DNA of 64,000 bases from Candidatus Calditenuaceae archaeon (GTDB lineage: Archaea > Thermoproteota > Nitrososphaeria_A > Caldarchaeales > Calditenuaceae): contig JANXEE010000003.1 of assembly GCA_025058225.1 (NCBI GenBank), positions 20,366 through 84,365 of the forward strand, given 5' to 3'. Under the pieces are notes generated by a model, which worked only from the letters and a program-made list of their open reading frames with translations, did no database searches and was not told the origin of the DNA. Position numbers and translations under genes: made by a program. This document shows positions 1-8,630 of this stretch, piece by piece (the stretch's first letter is position 1; the number at the start of each line of letters is the position of its first letter).

Positions 1-243
1 GGTGTACGGCAGCACTTGGTAATCCTTGAGACGCTGGTCGTCGCAGTAGATCACCTTATCGGCACCGTAGTAGATCGGCTCCATCAGCAGGTCATCGAGG
101 TTGTAACCCATCAGCACGCCCACTACCTTCATCCCGACCTTCTCTGCGACCTTCCTCGCGCCCGCGATGACCTCGGTGGTTGCCCTGGTCAGCTTACCTT
201 CCTCGTGCTCGCAGTAAACCCATACGTCCCTGTAGCCCTCCAC
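1..243 (-). CDS. Electron transfer flavoprotein alpha subunit (EtfA/FixB-like), N-terminal 81 codons; the gene runs off the window start
   Basis: Not in the ORF track. Minus-strand translation from GTG (243-241) gives VEGYRDVWVYCEHEEGKLTRATTEVIAGARKVAEKVGMKVVGVLMGYNLDDLLMEPIYYGADKVIYCDDQRLKDYQVLPYT, the typical EtfA N-terminal domain pattern. A GAGGT lies just upstream, and the gene sits immediately downstream of the EtfB-like gene (usual etfB-etfA order). Confidence 0.6.
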   Translation of the reverse strand, partial: MEGYRDVWVYCEHEEGKLTRATTEVIAGARKVAEKVGMKVVGVLMGYNLDDLLMEPIYYGADKVIYCDDQRLKDYQVLPYT

Positions 244-250
244 CCTGACC

Positions 251-1510
251 TCAATGCTTTGCAGCTGCGAGGACACCGCCGAAAACCTCCGATATCAGGT
301 CCTTCAGGTCAAACGTCTTGACGAGGCCCTTGGACTCAAGTTCCCTGATCAGCTCCTCGGGGAGGCCCTCGACCTTTTGGAACCTCTCGAAGGGGCCGTA
401 GGTCTTGCCGTTAAAATCGAACTTCTCGACCTTGCTAGTGAAGACCTTCGTCGTTCCGAGGAACTTCTGGACCGGAACGCCTCCGATGTCAATGCCCGGA
501 CCGACGATCGTCGGAGAACCGGCCAGCCCTATCAGCGACGGATCGGCTTCTATCGCGTCTGCGTTCCACACCACGACCTCGCGGGACTTGCTCCTGTAGG
601 AGAAGGCCCTTGCCCTCTTCCTCCTGGATACGGGCGGAACCTCTGGTCGATAATCTGGTAGTATCGTGATGAGGCAGGGAAGGCTGCACCTGATCTTCTG
701 GTAATAGGAGCCCGTCTTCCGCTCAGCGATCAGAGTTCCCGTCTCCGCGTCGACCTCGAACCAGGAGACGTGAGTTATGTCGGGTATTCTTCTGCCCAAT
801 AGGTCCGATAGGGCCTCGGCGGTTTGAGGGCCTGTGCTACCGGTCTCACCGTCGGAGGTCTTCAGCCCTGCAACGATCAGGAACCTCTCCAGCTCGACCC
901 TTACCCTCTTCAACGCCTCCACCACCTCCTCCCTCGACGACCTGCCTCCGGCGTAGCGCTGAACCGCGCCTTCAGGTGCCCCAGGCTTGTCCGTGTACAG
1001 CAAATTGGGTATTAGGTTGAGCTCGTAGAGCTCCCTCGCCCTCTGCAGGACCCTCTCCGGAAGCTCACCGGACTCGACCATGGAGATCAGCTCGTCGACC
1101 GCGCCTCTGTTCACGTCGAGGACCTTCTTGACCCCGAGAGCCAGCGCGTAGGCTGTGGCCCAGGTGTCTGCACCGGCCATCCTCCGGTCGCTCAAGATGT
1201 AACCCTCGTCTATGCCTTCGATGGGCTGTAAGTAGAGATCGTTGAAGAGGGGTTTCACCTTGAAGTCTGGTCCCATGCTGACGGCCACGAGCTTGCCGCC
1301 GTTGAACCTCTTCGCGTAGTCTGCCGCCTGCAGCGCCTTGAAGTCAAGCGGGTTTATGACCAAGTCCATCTCCTCCCTCCGCAGCACGCCCCCCACCGTG
1401 ATGACCCGCGTCGTCCTGGCGGGCACAGCCTTCGTCAGCAACAGCACGATCAAGATCTCTCGAAGCCTTCTAGGTGATGCTCTTAATATATACCCTCCCA
1501 AGAACTTCAA
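251..1510 (-). CDS. Electron transfer flavoprotein beta subunit (EtfB/FixA)-like protein with large insertions and a C-terminal extension
   Basis: 419-aa ORF. ETF-beta-like blocks are INPLDFKALQAA, GGKLVAVSMGP, ILSDRRMAGADTWATAYALA and LIVAGLKTSDGETGSTGPQTAEAL. It is about 160 aa longer than a canonical EtfB. Exact start uncertain. Confidence 0.6.
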   Translation of the reverse strand: MKFLGGYILRASPRRLREILIVLLLTKAVPARTTRVITVGGVLRREEMDLVINPLDFKALQAADYAKRFNGGKLVAVSMGPDFKVKPLFNDLYLQPIEGIDEGYILSDRRMAGADTWATAYALALGVKKVLDVNRGAVDELISMVESGELPERVLQRARELYELNLIPNLLYTDKPGAPEGAVQRYAGGRSSREEVVEALKRVRVELERFLIVAGLKTSDGETGSTGPQTAEALSDLLGRRIPDITHVSWFEVDAETGTLIAERKTGSYYQKIRCSLPCLITILPDYRPEVPPVSRRKRARAFSYRSKSREVVVWNADAIEADPSLIGLAGSPTIVGPGIDIGGVPVQKFLGTTKVFTSKVEKFDFNGKTYGPFERFQKVEGLPEELIRELESKGLVKTFDLKDLISEVFGGVLAAAKH

Positions 1511-1550
1511 AAAGTTATTCGGCTGACTGAAGTGTCAACGACGCGCACCC

Positions 1551-2726
1551 TCATCCGATCAGCGAGTTCAGCCTCCTGAGGGCCTCCATCCTCCCCGGAT
1601 CGCCGAGCCTAGCCGACAGTACCGCCTCCCTGAGAAGCTCCGCGTTCTTCAGCATCGCACGCCTGTCCACCATGTAAGGCCTGCCGCTCTTGGTGCCGTG
1701 AGCGTAAGCGAACTTGACCGGGTCCCTCCACGAGACCTTCGTGCCGTAGATCAGCGAAGCCACGTAAACGAGCCCCCTGATCGTCGCCGGCCCAACCCCC
1801 TTCACCGTTAACAGCTCCTCAAAGCTCTCGACGTTCCTCGCCCTCCTGATGGTCTCCTCGTCCATCGACCTGGGAGGCAGCAAATGCTGCGGGAGCTCCG
1901 CTCCCCCGACCTCAGCAGCCTCCCTGTCTAAGAGTCTCTGCCCCCGCAGCAAAGCCTTAGCCTGCGCGAGGTCCTCGTTCAGCCTGCTCGCAGGGGTGTC
2001 CCTCAGTAGCTCTACGATCGTCTCCCTCGTCCCCTTGGAATCGGTGCTGGTCATATCAAGCACCACCTCCTCCTGCCTCTCCGCGAAAATGGATGAGTGA
2101 GGCCTCTCGACCGTCGCTCCCCGGTCGCTGGACCAGTGGTATCGCCTCGCTACCCGCTCCTGAACGTTCATGCCTTGATTCACGACCGTCCAGCTACCCT
2201 CCTCCGAGATCACCATCGCGTGGAAATAGACGCTGTACGAGTCCTGAAGTGCGGAGTCGTCCACGCTGCAAGTCAACTTCGAGACCCTCTCGAGCTCGTC
2301 CCTGTCCCTGATCGAGAGGTCGCGCCCAATCCGCACGAGCTCATACGTGACCCACCTCATCTCCTCCCCCTTTCCACCGACTACCCTCACGGGAATGTCA
2401 GTCTCCCACAACCCCTCCTTCAGGGCCTTGAGGGTGATCGTGGTCTGGCCGCTGGTGTCCCACTCGAAACCCAGAGCGCAGGCCAGAGCAGTGAGCCACG
2501 TCGGGTCAGCAAACCGCCTCACGGTCTCCTCAGGTCCGCACGCCTCCACCAGAGCCCTCGTTATCTCCCTTCCCAGCTCCACCATCTCTCTGTAGTGCGG
2601 TACCGTCCCCGACACGAGCCAGAGCTTGGCCGTGCCTACCCTCTTCACCGGTTTTAGTGCTGCTGGTCCAGATTTAGGATTTACTGGAGACCTGCAATTT
2701 CGGCTTTGGAGAGAAGAGGCCAACAC
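1551..2726 (-). CDS. DUF763-family protein with a C-terminal helix-hairpin-helix motif
   Basis: 391-aa ORF. MVELGREITRALVEACGPEETVRRFADPTWLTALACALGFEWDTSGQTT resembles the conserved DUF763 N-terminal block as I recall it. An HhH-like motif is LLTVKGVGPATIRGLVYVA. The real start is probably downstream of the ORF-track start. Confidence 0.5.
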   Translation of the reverse strand: MLASSLQSRNCRSPVNPKSGPAALKPVKRVGTAKLWLVSGTVPHYREMVELGREITRALVEACGPEETVRRFADPTWLTALACALGFEWDTSGQTTITLKALKEGLWETDIPVRVVGGKGEEMRWVTYELVRIGRDLSIRDRDELERVSKLTCSVDDSALQDSYSVYFHAMVISEEGSWTVVNQGMNVQERVARRYHWSSDRGATVERPHSSIFAERQEEVVLDMTSTDSKGTRETIVELLRDTPASRLNEDLAQAKALLRGQRLLDREAAEVGGAELPQHLLPPRSMDEETIRRARNVESFEELLTVKGVGPATIRGLVYVASLIYGTKVSWRDPVKFAYAHGTKSGRPYMVDRRAMLKNAELLREAVLSARLGDPGRMEALRRLNSLIG

Positions 2727-2763
2727 CTGAAACGTTCAAATTCTGTAGTTCAGGAATGGCCTC

Positions 2764-3090
2764 ATGGCCGGCGAGAGGGGGACACGTGTCGCTGCTGTTG
2801 AGCTGGACTCACTGGAGGACCTCCTGAGGTTGGCTTCCTTGTTGCCGGTGCCATTCGTCAACTACTCGGTTGAGGAAGGTGTGGTCTTCCTTCCGCTAGG
2901 AGGTATTGGGAGGGCGGGGACGATCTACTACGCAAGACTGGGAGAGGCTCTGAAGTCGAGGTTCGCCCACGTGAACAGGCTGAAGGGTGAAGTCACCTTC
3001 GGTGACGAGGCGTCTTTGGAACCTAACGTCGTGAACGTCGAGATCATTCGCGTGAGGTCCCACAACATTCAGTTCCTTCAATCAAAATAG
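2764..3090 (+). CDS. Hypothetical small protein (108 aa)
   Basis: Clean ORF with protein-like composition that fills an otherwise empty gap. No family recognised. Confidence 0.4.
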   Translation: MAGERGTRVAAVELDSLEDLLRLASLLPVPFVNYSVEEGVVFLPLGGIGRAGTIYYARLGEALKSRFAHVNRLKGEVTFGDEASLEPNVVNVEIIRVRSHNIQFLQSK

Positions 3091-3654
3091 GCCGCGCCTG
3101 CTGAACTTCCTCCTCTGTGCGTACTGGTCGAGATACTTGTAAACGACGCTGTGAGGAGAACCCTGGACCAGCATCATCACAGCCCTTCTCGCGGCCTCGA
3201 CGTCTTCCGGGTGGCCGATGATCGAGACCCTGTCACCTAGGATCGCCATGTCGACGTGCGTCGTCTCCTCGATTATCCTCTTGGTCTTCCCTTCAGTACC
3301 GATGATCCTTCCCATCACCCTCCTCAGGTCCCTGAAGTCCTTTCCGATGAACTCGGAGACGTCCACAACCAAAAGGGCCGTGTTGTCGCTGAAGAGCTTC
3401 ATAGCCGACTCGGGTCTGAAACCGTTGCCGATCGCGTTGACGATGTCCCTGGCCTTGAAGAGCGCCACTGGGTCTCCACCTTCAGCGGGCGACCTCATCA
3501 GCCTTATCTCGACACGGCCGCTGGAGCCGTCCACGTCCATTCTCACCCCGAGGCGCTCCTCGATCTCGCGCTTCGTGGAGCCGTTGGGCCCCAGGAGCTT
3601 CGCAACCCTCTCGGGGGGAAGGTTGACGTAGAAGACCTGCTGGTGTCCGGACAT
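3082..3654 (-). CDS. KH-domain RNA-binding protein (Pno1/Dim2/Krr1-like, two KH modules)
   Basis: KH GXXG-type motifs are LLGPNGSTKREIEERLGV and IIGTEGKTKRIIEETT. I prefer the internal ATG at 3654 (MSGHQQVFYVNLP), giving 190 aa; the ORF track extends to 3690. Confidence 0.7.
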   Translation of the reverse strand: MSGHQQVFYVNLPPERVAKLLGPNGSTKREIEERLGVRMDVDGSSGRVEIRLMRSPAEGGDPVALFKARDIVNAIGNGFRPESAMKLFSDNTALLVVDVSEFIGKDFRDLRRVMGRIIGTEGKTKRIIEETTHVDMAILGDRVSIIGHPEDVEAARRAVMMLVQGSPHSVVYKYLDQYAQRRKFSRRGLF

Positions 3655-3765
3655 GGCACCCCAATACGATAGGCCCCACCAGCTATTCAAGTAATTAATC
3701 CCTTTACCGCAGGAGGGATATGAAAAGGAAAATTAACGCTCCGACTCATCACGAACAGGCGGTCG

Positions 3766-4572
3766 GTGTTGGTCGTGCTGCTCGAGGGCTTCATGCTTAG
3801 GGCCTACGTCGCGGGACTGTTGGTGGCTACACTCCTCCCTCTGGTCGGGAACTTCATAGTGCCGAAGAGGCTCTCGATGATCAGCGACACGGCCGCACAT
3901 GTGACTTTCGGTGCGGTGGCCCTCGCGACGCTACTCAACCTCGCGACTCAAGACCTGCTGCTCTACGGCGTGACCGCGCTCTCGGTCATCGGAGCGCTCT
4001 GGATGATAAGGGCCCTGGGCTATTCCGGAGATATGGCGGCTGTCATCTTCCTCGCGCTCGGTGCGGCCACGGCATCTGTCGCCCTAAGCCTCGGATCGAG
4101 GCTGAACCTGACTGGGATCCTCTTCGGGTCCATACTACTGGTGGGATGGGAGGAGGTCGTCTCGGCAGCCGTCGTCCTAGCCTTGATCGCGTTCACCGTT
4201 GCTGTGCGTTACAGGGTAATATTGCTGTACGTCCTGAGCGGAGAACTGGCTCGACTGAGAGGTTACAGGCCTGAACTGATCGAACTGCTCTTGGCGTTGC
4301 TCACCTCAATGGCGATCGTCAGCTCCATCAAGCTGCTCGGCGTCCTCATGGTGACCGCTCTCACGGTAATTCCCGTTGCATCCGCGTCCAACCTGGCCAC
4401 ATCTATGAAGAGGTCGATGGCTCTGTCCATAGCGATCGCACAGACCTCTGTCTTCTCTGGTGTGACGCTCTCCTACTTCGTGGGATTCCCCCCGGGAGCC
4501 ATGACGGTTCTCACGGCGCTGGTCATGCTGCTGGTGACCTCCATTCTCTCGAGGACAGGGGTGAGGTTCTGA
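3766..4572 (+). CDS. ABC-3 family metal (Zn/Mn) ABC transporter permease (ZnuB/MntC/TroC-like)
   Basis: 268 aa and multi-TM. The N-terminal pattern LRAYVAGLLVATLLPLVGNFIVPKRLSMISDTAAHVTFGAVALA matches the ABC-3 permease signature region. No ATPase or binding-protein gene is adjacent. Confidence 0.7.
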   Translation: MLVVLLEGFMLRAYVAGLLVATLLPLVGNFIVPKRLSMISDTAAHVTFGAVALATLLNLATQDLLLYGVTALSVIGALWMIRALGYSGDMAAVIFLALGAATASVALSLGSRLNLTGILFGSILLVGWEEVVSAAVVLALIAFTVAVRYRVILLYVLSGELARLRGYRPELIELLLALLTSMAIVSSIKLLGVLMVTALTVIPVASASNLATSMKRSMALSIAIAQTSVFSGVTLSYFVGFPPGAMTVLTALVMLLVTSILSRTGVRF

Positions 4573-4584
4573 GGTGGTTCATCG

Positions 4585-5853
4585 ATGGGTCGAGGGTTGC
4601 TCCTGCTCGCGGTGCTCGCTGCTCTGACGCTCCTCACAGAGGTTCAACCGTCATCCGCAGAGCCGTCGCTGACCGTCGCAGTCAGGAACGCCGAGCACGT
4701 CGTTAACGAGTTGAGGATCGTCATCGACGGCCCCTCGGGCAGGCTGACCTACGAGGGAAGGACGTCTGTTACGCTTACCGGTGCGCTGAGGGGTTCTTAC
4801 ACCGTCTCCGTCTACTGGAGGAAGCACCTCGTGGCCGTGAGATCGGTCGCGGTTAACGTGGAGAACGTCGTCGAAACGATAGAGCTACCGTTCTTCAACT
4901 TCGCGATGCGGGTAGTCGACCTGAACGGTGCTGATCTGCCAGGGCCGTTCGTGGTGAGGGTCGAGCCCGATGACGCCTACGGTGAGCTTCGAGTCGTCGG
5001 AAGCTCATTGGTCCTGGTCAACGCCGTCAGGACGCTCTTCTACACGGTCACCGTCAATTGGGAGAGTCCGGTCTATCACAGAACAGCTCAGGGCGTCGCA
5101 GCAGGCTACGGCTCTGACCTCATGAGTAGGGGGACGATCACGTTACCGGTCGGTGACGTGAGGGTCGCGGTAGTCGATCACAAAGGTAGGGGCCTCGGAG
5201 GAGCGGTCTTGGCCACGGCCAACGTCAGGATGACGACCGGGGACGACGGCGTGGCGATCCTGAGACGCGTCCCTCTCGCAGGGGGCGAAGGGGGCATCAG
5301 CCTTCCTGTGACCGTGACCTATGAGGGATTTGAGGTCGCCAATCAGGTCCTGAGAGTATCCAGGGAAGTCAGGTCCTTCACGCTGACAGCCTCGGTCTAT
5401 GACCTCAACGTCGCGGTTCTGGGGTCCGCCGGTCAACCGCTGAGGGGTGCCAGGGCCTCGCTGCTCAGGGAGGGAGTCGAGGTGGGTCTCGCGTTCGCGG
5501 ATCAGGGAGGGCAGGCCCAGTTGAACAGGGTGATCCCGGTCAAGCATTTCCTGAGGGTCGAGTACAAGGGATTATCAGAAGTGGTTGAAATTCCCCCTGA
5601 AGCCATAAGGAAGGGGGTAGTTGAGGTGCGTCTGCCGGTCTACATCGAACTCGGCGGAGTGCCGCTCTCGTTCGAGGGATTGGTCGCTCTGGCTTTCGTG
5701 CTCGTGACGACCGTCCTCGGAACGACGCTCGCGATCGCGTTCTACCTGCGCAGGAGGACCAGAAAACTGCAGATAAGGGGGCCGATCTTCGCGGTCAGTA
5801 CCACTGCCTCGGGTAGCGCCAGTCGGACCCATGAGACCTCCTTCCCACCCTGA
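4585..5853 (+). CDS. Secreted, C-terminally membrane-anchored protein built from repeated beta-sandwich-like modules
   Basis: N-terminal signal-like segment (LLLLAVLAALTLL) and a C-terminal TM (LVALAFVLVTTVLGTTLAIAFYL) followed by RRRTRK. Several modules of about 80-90 aa are V/T/R-rich and resemble carboxypeptidase-regulatory or PEGA-like folds. The start is 13 nt after the permease stop. Confidence 0.55.
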   Translation: MGRGLLLLAVLAALTLLTEVQPSSAEPSLTVAVRNAEHVVNELRIVIDGPSGRLTYEGRTSVTLTGALRGSYTVSVYWRKHLVAVRSVAVNVENVVETIELPFFNFAMRVVDLNGADLPGPFVVRVEPDDAYGELRVVGSSLVLVNAVRTLFYTVTVNWESPVYHRTAQGVAAGYGSDLMSRGTITLPVGDVRVAVVDHKGRGLGGAVLATANVRMTTGDDGVAILRRVPLAGGEGGISLPVTVTYEGFEVANQVLRVSREVRSFTLTASVYDLNVAVLGSAGQPLRGARASLLREGVEVGLAFADQGGQAQLNRVIPVKHFLRVEYKGLSEVVEIPPEAIRKGVVEVRLPVYIELGGVPLSFEGLVALAFVLVTTVLGTTLAIAFYLRRRTRKLQIRGPIFAVSTTASGSASRTHETSFPP

Positions 5854-6670
5854 AGACCTCCGGCATCATGCGTTTGTGCTGACTCGACCTGACCATCCGC
5901 TCCACCCTCAACACCAATGAGGGGCTCACCCCGAGCTCTTCAGCGACGGTCTGAGGGGACAACCACTCGTCGAAACGCAGATAGAGGATGCTGTCGAGGA
6001 GCTCGTAGCTCATCCCTATCTCCTCGGCCGCTAGGTGATCTCTCCACAGCCTAGGAGAGGGCGGTTTGTCGAGAACTTCCTGGGGAATTCCCAGATGCCT
6101 GCCCAGCTGCTTGACCTGTGTCTTGTAGAGGTCGGCTATCGGCATCACGTCCACGCCAGCGTCGCCGTACTTCGTGAAGTAACCGATCGTGAGCTCGGAC
6201 TTGTCGCTGGTCCCGATGACGAGGCTGTCGGTGTTCGCCGCCAGAGCGTGCAGCATGATCATCCTCACCCTCGCTGTGATGTTCCCCTTCACCACCTTGT
6301 CCGTCACTGTCAGACTGGACGACAACTCCTCGACGATCGGATCTATGTCTATGACCCTGTAATTCGCCTCAGGAATTGAGAGCTCCTCGACGACCTTCAG
6401 GGCGTCCCGCAGGTCCTCCTTCGGTGTTACGGACGTGGGCAGTATCAGGCACCGCACCCTCTCGGGTCCCAGAGCCCTCACGGTGATGTAGGAGGTCACC
6501 GTAGAGTCGAGACCGCCGCTCAGCCCTATGACGCCACCTGTTCTACCGGCGTAATCGAGGACGTACTGCCTGAGACGTTTGGAGAGGTACTCCGCGACGA
6601 ACTCCGGGTCGATCTCCAGCTCCCTTATCGGGATCTCCCGCAAGACCTGCCAACACCCGGGGACCCACAT
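5795..6670 (-). CDS. nadE: NH3-dependent NAD+ synthetase
   Basis: PP-loop GLSGGLDSTV, plus FTKYGDAGVD and a typical NadE C-terminus. I prefer the ATG at 6670 (291 aa), which has the AT-rich stretch taaaaatcta directly upstream. The ORF-track start at 6760 would overlap the divergent ppc gene. The 3' end overlaps the convergent 4585-5853 gene by 59 nt. Confidence 0.85.
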   Translation of the reverse strand: MWVPGCWQVLREIPIRELEIDPEFVAEYLSKRLRQYVLDYAGRTGGVIGLSGGLDSTVTSYITVRALGPERVRCLILPTSVTPKEDLRDALKVVEELSIPEANYRVIDIDPIVEELSSSLTVTDKVVKGNITARVRMIMLHALAANTDSLVIGTSDKSELTIGYFTKYGDAGVDVMPIADLYKTQVKQLGRHLGIPQEVLDKPPSPRLWRDHLAAEEIGMSYELLDSILYLRFDEWLSPQTVAEELGVSPSLVLRVERMVRSSQHKRMMPEVFRVGRRSHGSDWRYPRQWY

Positions 6671-6691
6671 TAAAAATCTAACGAATCTACG

Positions 6692-8269
6692 GTGACGCTG
6701 GGGATGTTCAGGGAGGAGAGGACGGTTCCAAAGGCGATGGCCTCTCAGCACCCGGATCACGTATCAGCACCGCCGTGGTCCACTGACCCGTTCATCTCAG
6801 GTGAGGACGAGGTCACCGAGGTGTACTGGGCTTACGCCGAGTATGGAACTGATGAGGTGATGTGGGACGCGGAGGGCAAAGACATCGACCCCAACGTCGT
6901 GAGGAAGCTACTGACCTCCTACCCGGACTTCTTCAGGACCAACAGGCTCGGCAGGGACGTTTATCTGACGTTCAGGCTCCCCAACCCGTCGATCGAGGTC
7001 GTGGAGCGGAAAGTTTTCCTAGAGACGCTGCAGTCGATACCGAGGCACAACGACGTCGTAAAGGCCTTCTACGCCGACTCCGGTGCGCCGGCGGTCTTCG
7101 AGGTCATACTGCCCTTCACGACGAGCCACACGGAGCTGGTTAGGGTGAGCGAGAGTTACAGGAAGGCCGTTGCCGCCCCGCTTCAAGAGAGAATCGACTT
7201 TCAGGGGACTAGGCTCGCGGACTGGATCGGAAACATCGAGCCCGAGTCGATCGAAGTGATACCCCTGGTCGAGGACATTGGTACCGTCACGAATTTAGAG
7301 CGGCTACTGGTCAGATACGTCGAGCTCGTCGGTCCCCGATACATGAGGGTGTTTCTCGCCAGGTCAGACCCCGCCATGAACTACGGCTTCGTGGTCGCGG
7401 TCCTCTTAGCGAAGTACGGCCTCTGGGCCTGCAGGAGGGCCTCAGATCAGCTCGGCATCCCGATCTTTCCGATCATCGGGGCAGGTTCGTTGCCGTTCAG
7501 AGGTCACAACTCTCCTGACAACGTCGAGGACTTCGCCGAGGAGTACAGGGGCGTCTACACGGTGACCGTCCAGTCGGCCTTCAGGTACGACTACCCCATC
7601 GAGCGAACTCGATCCGCTATTGAGAAGCTCAGGACTTTACTGCCATCGGGAGAGGCCAGAGAGGTGGACAGGGACCTGTTGCTGAAGATCGCTGCGAAGC
7701 TCGTTCCGGCGTTCCAGTCCAGCGTCGAGTCGGCCGCCCACACCATCAACTTCATCGCTTCCCAATTACCTCCTCGAAGGGCCAGAAGACAACACGTGGG
7801 CCTCTTCGGATACAGCAGGACCGTCGGCTCGATAAAGCTACCGAGGGCCATCCCCTTCACTGCGTCCCTCTACTCGATCGGCATGCCACCGGAGCTGGTG
7901 GGATTGAGGGCCATCAGTTCGCTCAGTGAAGAGGAGTTCGACTTCGTTCTCGAGACGCACCTGAAACTAAAACACGACCTCGAGGCGGTCGCAAGGAGAG
8001 TATCTTGGGAGTGCATCTCCCTCCTCAGCGAGAACAGCGAAGCGGCTAGGAGAGTCTTCGGACCGGACTTCGTCGATCGATTCGTGCCGAATTACCTCGA
8101 GGACCTGAAAGTCGTTGAGGAGCAGCTGGGTATCAAATGCGGTCCCAGGACCATTTCAGACAGGATGTACCTCAACTCCGTTGAGAACGTCGTGATCTCT
8201 CTACTCACGGGTCACGACCCAGTTCAGGAGCTCGTGAGGGCTGCGTCACTGAGACGCTCTCTGGGCTAG
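6692..8269 (+). CDS. ppcA: Archaeal-type phosphoenolpyruvate carboxylase
   Basis: 525 aa. The N-terminal PKAMASQHPDHVSAPPW matches the MSTQHPDN signature of archaeal-type PEPC. Length and overall pattern fit that family (about 510-540 aa). Confidence 0.75.
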   Translation: MTLGMFREERTVPKAMASQHPDHVSAPPWSTDPFISGEDEVTEVYWAYAEYGTDEVMWDAEGKDIDPNVVRKLLTSYPDFFRTNRLGRDVYLTFRLPNPSIEVVERKVFLETLQSIPRHNDVVKAFYADSGAPAVFEVILPFTTSHTELVRVSESYRKAVAAPLQERIDFQGTRLADWIGNIEPESIEVIPLVEDIGTVTNLERLLVRYVELVGPRYMRVFLARSDPAMNYGFVVAVLLAKYGLWACRRASDQLGIPIFPIIGAGSLPFRGHNSPDNVEDFAEEYRGVYTVTVQSAFRYDYPIERTRSAIEKLRTLLPSGEAREVDRDLLLKIAAKLVPAFQSSVESAAHTINFIASQLPPRRARRQHVGLFGYSRTVGSIKLPRAIPFTASLYSIGMPPELVGLRAISSLSEEEFDFVLETHLKLKHDLEAVARRVSWECISLLSENSEAARRVFGPDFVDRFVPNYLEDLKVVEEQLGIKCGPRTISDRMYLNSVENVVISLLTGHDPVQELVRAASLRRSLG

Positions 8270-8341
8270 AGGAGGTTTTCGAGTCGGACTGGATCGACAA
8301 ACCCTAAAGCCCACCGTCCGACGGGCGGGTGGAGGTCTAAC

Positions 8342-8626
8342 ATGTCCGATGTGAGGCGGGTGGTCGCTCGAGTGGAGATGAGCAGCAGAGCAGTCGGCGA
8401 GGCCCTACGGGAGACGCTGGCGTCTTTCGGCAACATCGTCACCGGTATCTTCGTCGGCCGTGAAGTCAACGGCCTCAGGGAGGTCTACGTCGAGTTGGAG
8501 TGCGGTGAGGTAGCGTTAGGAATTGTCGTCGAGAAGCTCAAGGGCATGGAGGGCGTACGCTCGCTAAAGGTGAGGGACGTGGGTGCGCTGGTGGACTTCA
8601 CCTCGCCGTGGAGGAAGGCCTTCTAA
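8342..8626 (+). CDS. Hypothetical small protein (94 aa), ACT/ferredoxin-like by composition
   Basis: Clean ORF with an alternating beta-alpha pattern. No family recognised. Confidence 0.4.
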   Translation: MSDVRRVVARVEMSSRAVGEALRETLASFGNIVTGIFVGREVNGLREVYVELECGEVALGIVVEKLKGMEGVRSLKVRDVGALVDFTSPWRKAF

Positions 8627-8630
8627 CCTG

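Noticed and set aside
16-661. Plus-strand ORFs 16-321, 254-661 and 405-599
   Set aside because: They are antisense to the EtfA/EtfB-like genes, whose translations carry recognisable family motifs, and are His/Arg/Pro-rich junk.
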